A stretch of DNA of 64,000 nt from assembly GCF_018350175.1 (NCBI RefSeq), contig NC_058382.1:56546001-56610000 (forward strand), read 5' to 3'. How positions within the stretch are numbered: position 1 is the stretch's first letter; each line of letters begins with the position of its first letter. Positions 1 through 11,660 of this stretch are shown here, one piece after another. The translations under genes and the position numbers were made by a program. The DNA is from Felis catus (taxonomy: Eukaryota). A model generated the notes under the pieces. The model worked only from the letters and a program-made list of their open reading frames with translations. It made no database searches and was not told where the DNA came from.

Positions 1-319
1 GAATCTGGGAAAGGAACCACTTACAGGTTCTGACCATGAACCCTGACAGGCTGTAGAGATGATGGCCTGTCTGATTTCAGTAATGCCCTGCCCCTTTGTG
101 CTTGGTGGAATCCTGTGTGTCGTAGACCCCATGGCAGATGGGTTGTACAGAAGGGGACGCTGACCCTGGAATGAGTTGAGTGACTTTGCCGTATTCACAT
201 AAATGATAGATGGGAGCCAGTGTTCGGGGCTCAGTCTGTCTCCCCGACCTTCAAACCATGAGCTCTTTCAAGTGTCCCACAAACCTCATGGTGAGAACGG
301 CCATCACACTGTCATAGCA

Positions 320-520
320 TTGGGTTGAGCACTTACTGTTCCCCCTTATGACATTCTAGCAGTTCCTCCACTACCCCGTTTTCTACCCTGAGGGGTGGAT
401 ACCACTCTCTCCATCACACATCTGAAAAAAATGAATCTCAGGTCCAAAGTCACATGGCTGGCTGGTGAGCCAGAATCTGTGTCCGTGTGTCTGGCCTGAA
501 ACACAGGCTCTTTCCTGCAT
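320..520 (-). mobile_element. MIR SINE fragment
   Basis: Diverged antisense MIR hallmarks (ttgagcacttactg ... aaagtcacatggctgg ... tctggcctgaaacacaggctcttt). Confidence 0.5.
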
Positions 521-791
521 ATGACTTGGACATGACCCCCCCCGCCACCCCGTCCCTCACATTCTTGACCATGAGCCCTTTGCAGTCCCAGCAGGGGGGG
601 AGGTATTTGCTCTATCAGAGGAACTGATATAGCTCCCGATGGAAAGTAACAAGCTCTTCTGACCAAACGTGGACCTCACGGAATCCCTTTTGGTGTAACG
701 TGTGCTCTTACTCAGTCTCTAGGGTTAAACCGTGCTGCCCGTGGGCCATGTTGTCTGTCACTCACGTTGCTTTCTTCTGAGTTCAGGTCAT

Positions 792-952
792 CAGGGCCAG
801 CTTCGTGGGGTGTGACCGGCATGGCCTCAGGGCCCCACGCTCAGGCTCTGCTGTCACCACCTTAAAATTATTAGTAGGTGTTGGACAAGGGTCCCCTTTG
901 CATTTTCCTTTTGTACCCAGCCCCTCCCCCCAAAATTGTGTCGCTGGTCCTG
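792..952 (+). mobile_element. MER91A-like hAT non-autonomous DNA transposon
   Basis: Ends cagggccagct ... gctggtcctg are imperfect inverted repeats; the interior (gctctgctgtcaccaccttaaaatt) matches the recalled MER91A consensus. Confidence 0.7.
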
Positions 953-984
953 AGCATGGCCCTGTGGCCCAGAGCTCATGGGAT

Positions 985-1210
985 ACTCCCCCCCAGCTCC
1001 TTAGCCAGGTGAGACCTTGGGCAGCTTCCTGAACCTTCTAGAAGCCTCTGTCACCTTGTCTGTAGATGGGGTGGGTGCATAATAAATAGAACCTACCCTA
1101 GAGAAGCGTGTGCACTGATAAAATGGGACACTGTGCTTCACTCAGCACTTGCAACATAACAAATGGGTAAGAAATGCTAGAGTATCGTTAATGCTGCGAT
1201 GATTATTATT
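985..1210 (+). mobile_element. MIR SINE fragment
   Basis: gaccttgggcag ... tctgtagatgggg ... acctaccc ... attattatt follows the MIR core and 3' end. Confidence 0.5.
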
Positions 1211-2797
1211 CCTGCAGCGTACCCTTTAGGGAAGGTAAGGCAAAGAGACATGCAGTTTGTGTGAAGGAACATTCATCTCCCAACAAACCAAGCATCATTT
1301 TCATGTTCCAGTGTACCTGGATATGCCATCGACACCAATCTGTCATGGAGGAAGGTCACCCATATTTATCTGGGTGTGCAGACAGGAGACCATTTCCAGC
1401 TGCTCAGCACTAAACTCCAGGGTATTGTTTTGGGGAATCAGTACTGGATGAGGAAAGATCAACAGAAAATAATGGTCTTTGAACGTCGCAAATTATGAGC
1501 TATTCCTTTCGTGGAGCCACAAGGCATTGATTTATGGGACCCAAGCCCGGGCCCGGCTGTTCTGTGGGGCCAGCCAGAGCTCTGCGCGAGCCTGGTTTTC
1601 TGAATGCCCAGGGCATGCCAAGACCTCGTGCGTGGGGATAGAGGGCTGGGACCCTTGAAGTTCCTGGAGGGCACGCTTGCCAGGGCCCCCAGTGCCTATT
1701 GGTACCAACTCTCCCCTGTTTTGCCACCAGTAGTGTTCTGGGCACCTTTGAGAAGGGCCAACCACGAGACCCTGAGATGAGGATTGAGGGCTTGGGGTTG
1801 ACCTGAGGTGCAGGACAGCAGGGGAGGAGTGTTCCAGGTAAGGGAAGTTGGCCAACTCGAGGTGCCCCCTGAAGCCAGCTACCAGGGTGGGCAATTGTGA
1901 GCTTGAACCTTTAGGTTGGGGGGCCCTGTAAAATGCATAAAACACACACATTAGAGTCATTCCCACCCAGGGGCCCGGTTAGTACGCATCCCCACACGCC
2001 CATCAGATATTGGTCACGAACTATACCCAGAGGGACTTTAATTCCCAGGCCCCTTTGGCCACTCATGAACATGGGCAAACCAGGTTCCAGAAGCTCAGGG
2101 GCAGCCTTCCAATCAACAAGATACGGGAGCTGGCCGTTGGGCTGGCCTCAGCTATGTTCTTCCCTCCATGCTTTAGGCCACCCTGAACATGCCCAGTGAG
2201 TGGGGGCAGCCCGGAGAACGGCACCCACCCCTGGCCAGAAGGATCGGCTTTGAGGGATGTCGGGGGAGGGAGGTAATGGGAAGAATTCGCTTAGTCCCTA
2301 AAAGACACGACCAAGGAGGACAAATGATGTTGACCTTTCTCTTTAATTAGGGGTCAGGGCCTGGAGGTGCGTGTTCTGACTCCTGAGAGAAAACTGGGGC
2401 TGAGATGTGTCCTCCTGGCAGTTGAAGAAGCGTAGAGATTGGCAGCTACATCCCCTTCTGACTTGTGAGAGCGCCAGTGCCCTTGCTCGCCCTGGGGCTT
2501 CCTCTCCTCCCTCTTTCGTTGCTTTTCTTGCCATCCAGTATTGTTACTGAGCACCTACTGTGTGCCAGCATCATTCTTAGCTCTGAGGGTACAGCTGCGG
2601 ACCCATCAGGCGCTGCTCTTTCCCTCCGGGTTGGCACAGCCAGGTAGGGGGCCTGGCTACAAGTACGAACTGAAACGTGGGAAGCTCCGTGGATGCTTAT
2701 TCCAGAGGGGCGCAGGCCAGCCTCCCCGAAGAGGGCTTTGTCGGTTATTTTTCCTCTGGGGTCCACCTGAGTTTCTGTTATTTGAGGCTCAGTTACC

Positions 2798-3024
2798 TTT
2801 ATTTAAATCTCATGTAATGTTCATTGTTGAGAGAGGGAGACAGAGATAGAGACAGAGTGTGAGCGGGGCAGGGGCAGAGCGAGAGGGAGACACAGAATCC
2901 GAAGCAGGCCCCAGGCTCTGAACTGTCAGCACAAAGCCCGACACGGGGCTCGAACTCATGAACTGAGAGATCATGACCCGAGCTGTAGTTGGACACTGAA
3001 CCGACGGAGCCACCCAGGCGCCCC
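2798..3024 (-). mobile_element. Feline CanSINE (SINEC_Fc-like)
   Basis: Reverse complement starts ggggcgcctgggtggctc, followed by tRNA-like A/B boxes and a (CT)n region; TSD tcagttac at 2789-2796 and 3025-3032. Confidence 0.95.
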
Positions 3025-3052
3025 TCAGTTACTTTTATTTTTTAAAAATCCA

Positions 3053-3265
3053 GGGGCACCTGGGTGGCTCCGTCGGTTAAAGCGTCCCACTCTTGATTTT
3101 TGTCTCAGGTCGTGATCTCGTGGTTTGTGGCATCGAGCCCCACAGCGGGCTCTGTGCTGATGGTACGGAGCCTGCTCAGGATTCTCTTTCTCTCTCTCAC
3201 TCTCTGCCCCTCCCCTGTTCTTTCTCACACACTCCCTTTCTCTAAAATAAATAAACTACAAAAAG
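3053..3265 (+). mobile_element. Feline CanSINE (variant carrying the tcttgattt insert)
   Basis: ggggcacctgggtggctccgtcggttaa head, CT-rich region, aaaataaataaa tail. Confidence 0.93.
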
Positions 3266-6200
3266 AATTTTGTTTGAAATCTAACTGTGACAGACATGAG
3301 GAAAAACATCTCATCAATTGGCCTTTGGAGCAGATGTCTGTCCTGAGAGCTCAGCTCCGCTCGACAGTTGGTATTTCCCAAACAGCTTGGGCTACAGCAA
3401 GGTGGTTTTGACATCTGATAGTGGGTATCTGAGACCTGGCTCAGTGCAAATCCTCAGCTTGTCGGTATGAGCTGGTGGTAAAGCCCCTTCCGGCCCCCTG
3501 TTCATATGCCGTAGTGAGTGCCATGTGGCTTCTCTGTCCGCCAAACTGTCATGTTGTCCTTCATTGGTATTTTCGGACTTTCACTTGGTGAGTTCTCCCA
3601 GCCTCAACTACCCCAGCCAATCCTATGGGCTCTGGAATATTGGGCATGTGACTGTTTGGATTTTTTGCTTGTTTTCTTAAGGCGATGTGTTTCTTTAAAA
3701 AAACAAAACAAAGCAATTCAGCTTTTGTTCAGCCTTTTTTTTTTTAAGTAAAGAAGTCCAGTCACCCTCAAATCTCACCATCCAGAGAACAGCACAGCTT
3801 CCATGTGGGTGAGCATAGTTCCAGGGCTCTGTCTGGGCATGTCTACACACAGGGATGCTCGACATAATTTTGTAGAAACGGAGCCGTGCGTTCCTCTCTG
3901 TAACCCACTTTCTTCCCTCCACAGGGTCCTATGGACTCCTTCGTAAATCAATAAATGTCAGGCTGCGTCGTTGTTTTAAACAGCCACTGTCTGGATCTGC
4001 CATCATCTAGTTAACCATTCTCTATTGATTTAAGTTCCTCCACTCTTCCATGCTGATAATCAGATCTTCGGGAGAGAACGTGTCTCTTCCTCTGCGCATG
4101 ACAATTCTCGAGGATAAACCCATCGAAGTGGGATGGACAGGATAGAGGATGTGCTCGTGACATTTGGGTGTATGTTAGGGTGGTGCTTCTAATACAGGAT
4201 CATCTCTGTATCTTGGCCAAGCTCATGCATGAGGGTACAACGCTAGTCTTTCCTTTTGCATTTGAACATGCTGGTGGGCATTTCTGTTTATTTGCTTTTC
4301 TGGATTATACCCAACATCTGCAAGCTTCCGTGGTCACTTCATTGGCTCTATCAGTAGGTCCCGAGCTACTCTGCTCTAGAACCCTCCCTGGTTTCTGTGT
4401 TCAAGGAAGAGGACTAAAATTGTGGATCCTGTTCTCTCTCCTGGAGCTGCCATTGGAGTCTTAGCTGAGGGAAGGTTCCCGGAAAAGATGTCATTAATGT
4501 GCTGCAGTGTCGTTCAGATGGCATCAGGCAGCCCTTGAATTATGGCACAGATCACTCTGGTGCAGTTGACCGTAAAACAAAATTTATGAGTTATATAATC
4601 CAATCGGAGACATCTTCCCAAAGGGCAGCTTCTAGAAATAAAGTGTATCAAAAGAGTTGAGTTATCTGAACCTTGCTAGCTACTCAAGAAACTGAATCCT
4701 GTCAAGTTGCTCCTAACCATGTCTGGGGAGCCCTGGTGATCTCTTACAGGGGCTCCAAACCAAGCCCATCGACAACCTCGTCGCAGCCACTAAGTTTTCC
4801 CTCCTTTATGCCCGGGCCCCTCTCTGATGGACACCACTGCACATATTAGACCCAGTGCTGCGGGTCCGCTGGAGCCTTCAGGATACCGTAAGGCCATGTG
4901 AGACACAGGAGGATGCCTGGACCCCTTCTTTCTGTCACAAGCATACCCAACCACTAACATTGTGTGTCTCATCTTTAATGTGGGCAACTTTGAAAACCAC
5001 CCTTTGCGTTTTTATTCCTAGCCCTCTCTCCACCTAATTTCCTGTATGAGTCCATGGGGTTGGAGACCAGTTCAAGAGGCAGACCCCGCTTTGTTTCTTG
5101 AGTCACAGTTCTCTCTAATAAGGAAGGCTTTGCTTTGTTCCTGGCCACCCTTGGGTGTCTGTCTCCCCACTGCCAGCCCCCCATACTCCAACTCCTTCAC
5201 ATCAGATCTGCACACTCTAGGCACTGAGGATAACCTGGCGAACTGGAGGGATCTGGCTTCCCTGGCCATGGCGCTCGTATCCTCGTAAAAACAAACACTC
5301 GCCAGTCATGCCCCACTGATTCATTGGATGTACTTCCGACTTGAGCCGGGAGTCCTCCTCCTCCCACTCTACATTTGAGAGAGAACTGTGACATCAGTGA
5401 TGCAAAATACAATTACAAATTTAATTAATAAAGAAATAATACTTGGAAGGGAAGGGAGGGGAAAGAAGCCTCAGTAGCTTCAGAAACTTACGGATCGTTC
5501 CACGACCTTGAGAAAGAATAAATCTGACCGGAGTTTTTGGCCAAAATGAAAATTGGGTGAAAGTTGAGAACCGCAAAATAAAAATGAGAGTGTCTTTGAG
5601 TTTTTATGGCAAAGACCGTGGGGAACGCCACAGCCTTGAAATCCAACCGTCATACCGAAGGATTCGCTCAGAATAGCCCAGGACTCTTTAGTGCTACAGA
5701 TGAGCAAAGCCGAGGAACACATCCACAAGGGCATTAAACAGTTACAATTTCAGAGAAGCTCTTTCTTCAGAGTCATTCCTGCTGACCATTATCTTCAGCT
5801 AAACCATTCGACAAGTATTTATTAGGCAGCTTCTATGAATCAGATATGGTCTAGGTGCTAGTGATAGAGTAGTGGCCAAGAATATTCAGGATTCTACTCT
5901 TGAGACATTTGCATTTTACTGGGAAGAGAAGAGTAATTAACAAGGAGACCAAGAAGATCATTTAAGTAATTTGGATAAAAAAAAAAAAAAAGACAAGATG
6001 AGGTGATAGAATGAAGGTGAGGTCAAGCAAGGACTCTCACCAGACGACATTTGACCTGAGACCACTGAAAACAAAAGAGCCCACCATGTAAAGGTATCGA
6101 CCCGGCATGTTCCAGGCAGAGGGATCAGAAAGTAGAAAGGTCTGAGGCAGGAAGGACAGATGGGGGGACAGAAAAGAGACCAGTATGGTGGAAGAATGTC

Positions 6201-6444
6201 AGCAAGAAAACTGGCAGTTGAGTTCAAGGAGATAGGGAAGCATGAGATCAGAACACAAGTCACCAACCTAGGGCCATGAGCCAAAGCTGTCCCGCTGCCT
6301 GTTTTGTTTTTTTAATAAAACTTTATTGGAACACAACTGTGCCCATCTGTTTCAGCCTTTGACTACGGCTGTTTTCATGAGCTGCTGTTAGACTTGAAAA
6401 GTTGAGACACAGATGATATGTCCCACAAAGTCAAATAAATAAAT

Positions 6445-6580
6445 CAGAGAGAATCCCAAGCAGGCTCTGCACTGTCAGTACAGAGCCCGACATGGGCTGA
6501 ATCCCACAAACTGCTGAGATCATGACTTGAGCTGAAATCAAGAGTTAGATACTTAATGGACTGAGCCACCCAGGCGCCCC
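6445..6580 (-). mobile_element. CanSINE, partial (lacks CT region and tail)
   Basis: Ends ctgagccacccaggcgcccc at 6580; carries the aaatcaagag variant insert. Confidence 0.9.
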
Positions 6581-6622
6581 AGGTATATTTTTAAAAAATG
6601 GAACATATTCAAAATATTTTAA

Positions 6623-6810
6623 GGAGCTCCTGGGTGGCTCAGTCGGTTAAGCGTCCACCTTTGGCTCAGGTCATAATTTCATGGTGGTGAGTTTGAGCCC
6701 CTCATCGGGCTCTCTGCTGTCAGTCCAAAGCCAGCTTCGGACCCTCTGTCCCCCTCTCTCTTCCCCTACCCTCCCCCCTCAAAAAAATAAACATTTAAAA
6801 AAATAAATAA
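6623..6810 (+). mobile_element. Feline CanSINE
   Basis: ggagctcctgggtggctcagtcggttaagcg head and A-rich tail; TSD aaaatatttt at 6611-6620 and 6809-6818. Confidence 0.93.
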
Positions 6811-7769
6811 AATATTTTTACATGTTTTAAAAAATATATATATTTTTTACTTCGCCCTTTACAGGAAAGGTTTATAGAACCCTGGATTGGAGCTCCATAA
6901 GTTTTGGTTATATTTTAAATTTAGTGGTGGTTTAAGGAGGACAGTGGCAAAAATATGATTTTACTGTTACAAGAGGACCTGAGCTAGTCCATGTAGAACA
7001 AGCCGTCAGTCAACCAGGAATATTTCAGCATTCCAGACTCGAGGGCACAGTGGCCTGGATGGGGTGGGCACAGTGGAGGTGGAGAGGTCATGTAAGATTT
7101 TGTGGTGAGCCCATGATGGATGGGGGAATGCTAAATATTGATTCATTTTATGGTACTGGATTACTATAACTGATGCCATCTATGCATTGAGGAATTATGG
7201 TATTAGTATAAACCTTAATAGGTTGATAAATTTTCTGAAAGTACAAACTAGATTTTACCTTCAGTGTTCTTTCTAAAGCGTAAGCTCAAGACCAGGGGGA
7301 CCAGATTATCTTCTCTTTCTCCCTTTCCCTCACTTAGCAGAGTTCCAGACACACAGTAGCCACTCATGTACATTTCATGCAATGAACACATAGCCCCAAA
7401 TGGCGGTAAGTGTGAGTCACTACAAGCTTCCCTTTTTATTTGATTTTTAAATAAACACTGTCTTTATTGGCAATTTCTTCATTACTCCAACAAGTATTTC
7501 TGGAGTGCCTGTTAGGTATGAGAATATGCTGCTGCTCAGGAAGCATGACGTTGGAACGGGGGGTGCACGGAACAAACACAGACCCTGACTCCATAGAGTC
7601 TGCAGACTCCCGCACAGGAGAAAAAGGCAGGAGCCCCTGGGAGCATCTCCTTAGGAATGAGGGAGGAAGATGGTCCCTGCCCCTGGTTAAGGAAGCAGTG
7701 CAAGCCACCAGGGTGATTTTTCTAGCACTGGATACTGGTCTAGGTTCTGCACTTGTCTCTCGATGAAAT

Positions 7770-7910
7770 CCTTCCAGTCCTTTTTCAACTGAGGAAGCAG
7801 AAGTTCAGGGAGGTTAGGTTTCCTTCCCCAAAGTCACACAGCCAATGGGTGGTGAAGCTGGGGTTCAAATTCAGACTAACTCCTGTGCCCTTTGGTCTTC
7901 TCTCTGTCTG
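7770..7910 (-). mobile_element. MIR SINE fragment
   Basis: tgaggaagcagaagttcagggaggttagg...cccaaagtcacacagccaatgggtggtgaagctggggttcaaa is the antisense MIR core. Confidence 0.65.
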
Positions 7911-8048
7911 CAACACCCACTGTCCTTTAACTACATCATCCATGGAAAGGTTAAGATCATTTCACATCTGCCGCCCTGAGCCTAGAGAATATTTCCTTAC
8001 ATGCATATGTGAGTATATATCTGTGTGCATTCACACGTGTGTAGAGGG

Positions 8049-8088
8049 GTGTGTGCGTGCGTGCGTGTGTGTGTGTGTGTGTGTGTGT
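8049..8088. repeat. (GT)n/(GTGC)n compound microsatellite
   Basis: Directly visible 40-nt alternating purine-pyrimidine run. Confidence 0.95.
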
Positions 8089-9337
8089 AGATGAAGGAGA
8101 AAGAGGGAAGAAAGAAAGTGGTTTTATTATAGCCTCGCTGGTCAGGTAACTCAGAGCAACCCTTAGTTACTGGCGGGAGCCTCCTCAAACAGAGCCAGAT
8201 CCCCCCCCCTAGTGGTAGTTTCGGGGAGGCTCAGGGAGGACTCTCTTCGAAGATTCGTAAGGCATGCGAGACCATCAGTCAAGATAGTCTACAAATGTCA
8301 GTTAGAAAAGATTTATAATCAGCAGAGAGCTTGATAAACCAGCTTTTACTGCAGCACCATTGTGCTAAGAACACCGTCCCTTCCAAGGGCAGAGGGCAGA
8401 ATGCTGTTTCCACCCGTCTGTACAAATAACTTGCGAATCCCTTCACCTTAATACATGGACAGTAGACTAAGAGAAGCCCTGAGTAATTTATGTATAGAAC
8501 CACCTCCCTTCATAAGTAAATGGAATAGATTTAATATTCTGAGCTCCATGGGAAGAGGGCGTATAAAATCCCTTTCAAGTATATGTTTTATAAAATATAG
8601 GTCACGAATTGAGTTTTCCAGTATCAAAGAAAAAAATTTTAATAGACTCACAGCTTTCTCGCTGTAATTATGGCTGCATATTTTTTTTCAAGCCAAGCAT
8701 AGTACCCAAAGCTATTTTATTATTCAGAAGACTGGCTCTTTTCAAAGATTGCTCACAAGTTTGGTTTGGGGGATTTTCAGTGTTTTCTTCTTGTTCCGGA
8801 TTCCTGCTTGTGTTCAGCATGTCGCAGTTTGTATCCGCCGTGTTTGTGGTTGGAAGGGGTTGCTAACCCAGAGACCGTCTCGGTGGGGAGGACAGGGCAG
8901 GGCTCCTGACTCTGTGGTTGGCCTCTGTGTCTTTGAGAAAGGTCTCTATCCAGATTGATGGAGGGTCTGTCCCCTGGGCCATCAAAGCTAGACTCAATGA
9001 GCTGCTGGCCATCTGTCCCTCTGCGTTTCTTCCCACTTCTGTGATCTCGCCCCCTCTCCTGCTAAGGAGATTCTGTGCACGTCGGCTCACACTAGGGTTC
9101 TCAGCCAGGGTTAGAGGTGAGGACTTGCACAGTAACTTACATACAGGAAATTAAGTTAACTAGGTGCTTCCTGTGTGTGATGCACCATTCAAGAATGGCT
9201 GGTTGGATTTCCACCAGTTTGGGAAAGTGCCTTTGACATGTTTTAACTTGAAATGTCGACCCATCCACTTAAAAGAGATAATCCAAGAGACCTAGTCTAT
9301 TGCTGAGATACGTCATGTGGATTCAGTCACTGCAGAG

Positions 9338-9536
9338 CAGTGATTCACCTGCAGACGACTTACCTTCTTCCCAGCCCCCAGACACTTTGGGTCACCCCAC
9401 TAAGGGAGGGGAGAGCGCCACCGGCATCTAGTGGGTAGAGGCCAGGGATGCTGCTGAATGTAGCGCACAGGATAAGCCCCCCAATGAAGGATTATTTGGC
9501 TCAAGATGTCGGCACTCCCAAGGTTAAGAAAACCCG
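9338..9536 (+). mobile_element. MER20 hAT-Charlie element
   Basis: Diagnostic ggcatctagtgggtagaggccagggatgctgct at 9423-9455; 3' end aaggttaagaaaaccc. Confidence 0.85.
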
Positions 9537-11379
9537 CCCAGAGGAGGAAATGAAGAGTTTGGGTTGTGCATTGCACATCTGGAATCTGGAGGAGCATGGA
9601 CATTGGCTAGTGCCTCTGTGTGGTGAGTCTCAGGGTGAGCTCCGGCCAGCCTGTTCCTCTGAGGACGGTCCAGTAGCATGTAGCTGCACGTAGCGGTGAG
9701 CACCGCGTGAGTGGGAGCTGGGACGAGGCCCTATGCCGAGGGATTCCTGTGCATGGTCTCCCTGACTCACCATAAGTATCCTACACACAGACGCGTGATC
9801 ATCTCCATGTTTCCAGGGAGGACACTGAAGCTTAGGGAGGTTGGAAAACAGTTTTCCCAGGAGAGCGGAGCCCTCTCCCTCAATACCCATTCTTCTCTCC
9901 ATTAGTAATGAACCCCAACATACGACAGCATCATTGTGTCCGCGTGAAAACCGTATTGCGGCTAGGTGTGGCCGTGTGGTAGAGTACCAGCCAGCGAGCT
10001 ACAAGCTCAGCATTTTGTCATGTTCCCGGGGTGAGTTGGGGGCCGCAGGAGCTGGGAAGATTGCTCGTTTGTCCTGGCCGGAATGAAGTCTTGGGGGCTA
10101 GACCTCAGGCAGGCGCTGTGTTTCATAAGGTAGCTTTGAGGGTGGAAACTGTGTCCTAAGAAGGTGGTGAAAGACAGAAAGGGACAGGATTCTGTTGCCC
10201 GTGGAATGTTATACCAGCCCCAGACTGCCTCTCTCCAGAAGTGTCTTACGTGAGACAGTAATGAACTTCTGTCTCATTGAGCTCACTGTTATGTTGGCTC
10301 CTCTGTGCTCGTCACCAAATCTAATAACAGCTGGCATACCCAGCGTCAGTCCACGAGTAAGAATTACAGCCAAGACAATTGGACTCCGAGTCATGCTTTT
10401 CCACTGCTGTGCTGCCTGAGACATTCAAACCCTCTTACTCCTCTGTGTTTCATACCACCTGCCTCTGTGTGATAGTCAGAAAATTGAGCCTTTATTGGAG
10501 CAAAAATTGTCTTTGTCTCCTCCATGATCTTGGAGTTCTTTCCAGAAAGGATTCTGAGGTCTCTGTCCTTAGGTATTCTTTATTAGATTAAAAACATACC
10601 CAGTGCCCCATGATGGAAACTTCCTTAGCATAGCGGTTTTCATTTTCTCTTGTCACAGTCATTTCAGATCAGAGTCCGGCCCCGATTGTCCGAAAATGCT
10701 CCAATAATGCGCGTCATCATGTGGCTGCCATTTACATCAGTGTCCACATCCCAAGGACTAGGGAGGAAGGGGAAAGATACAGGGAATGTTAAGAGGGCTC
10801 TAGAAGGTTTTCACAGAATATTAATTTTGGGGCTTGTCAGGGAGTCAACTGGAAATGCATCTTCAGGATGTGCCTGTCAGTTCATGGGGGAGATCGATAT
10901 GTTCTAACAAGAGTGCAGCCCAGGGGTTGAGACCACTGGCTCCCATGACCAAAAGGTCTGGTTTTCAGTTATGTTTCCACTGCTAATTGAGAGCCCTTGA
11001 ACACGGTGTCTTACCTCTCTGAGCTTTGCATAACTCCTCTGCAGAAGGGGGATAATGGTAATGCCCCCAAAGGGTAGCAGATATCAAGCCCGGAGCACCA
11101 CGCCGAACAAAATAAATACTACATGTGCCATAAACATTAGCGGCTGCCAGATGCCTTTTCCCCCCAGTGGTAGGGCACAGTGCCACTGCTAGCATCTTGT
11201 AAGGGAAGGAAGAAGTCTGCCCAGCAGCAAATCTGGGTTCCAATCCTGGCCCTTCCTTTTATCAGCTGTGCGAATTCAAGCATCTCTTTCTTCCTTTTGC
11301 GTTGGCGATAGTCCACGGTGGCAGCATTCTGTATGAGTTGGAATTAGGCAGATGCAATATGGGAAATATTTGTAAAGTC

Positions 11380-11660
11380 TCACTTGGGCACACATCTAGA
11401 AACATTTCTGTCATCCCCAAAGGAAGCCCAGTATTTATCAGAACTCATTCCCTACTTCCTCCCCAAATTGCCCACTCCCAGGAGACCACGGGTCTACCCG
11501 TTGGCTCCTTTGGTTTGCCCGTTCTGGACATTTCACATAAATGGGATCCCACAGGAGGTGGTATGTTGTGACTGGTTTCTTTCCCATGGCGCCGTGTTTC
11601 TATGATGCTGGGCCGAATGCAACACGGGTCAGTATTTCGTTCCTTCTTGTTGCCAAAGAC
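11380..11660 (-). mobile_element. Old L1 (L1MB-like) 3' UTR fragment
   Basis: tagaaacatttctgtcatccccaaaggaagccc ... tttgcccgttctggacatttcacataaatggga. Confidence 0.7.

Larger units (their letters stand above)
6256..6884 (+). mobile_element. MER58A hAT-Charlie element, split by two SINEs
   Basis: cccgctgcctgtttt...aataaaactttattggaacaca at 6291-6335, and the 3' end gccctttacaggaaaggttt...accctg resumes at about 6841-6884. Confidence 0.8.
5805..7130 (-). mobile_element. L2 LINE 3' portion, interrupted by MER58A and two SINEs
   Basis: Starts cattcgacaagtatttattaggcagcttctatg...ctaggtgctagtgatagagtagtg (antisense L2 terminus); L2-like sequence resumes after 6885. Confidence 0.6.

Noticed and set aside
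25..50. Minus-strand ag|26 nt|gtaagt exon-like segment
   Set aside because: Modest pyrimidine tract, not a multiple of 3, at the window edge; likely chance.
3905..3956. Strong plus-strand acceptor (tttcttccctccacag) followed by AATAAA
   Set aside because: No good donor or upstream partner exon was found; isolated splice-like signals are common.
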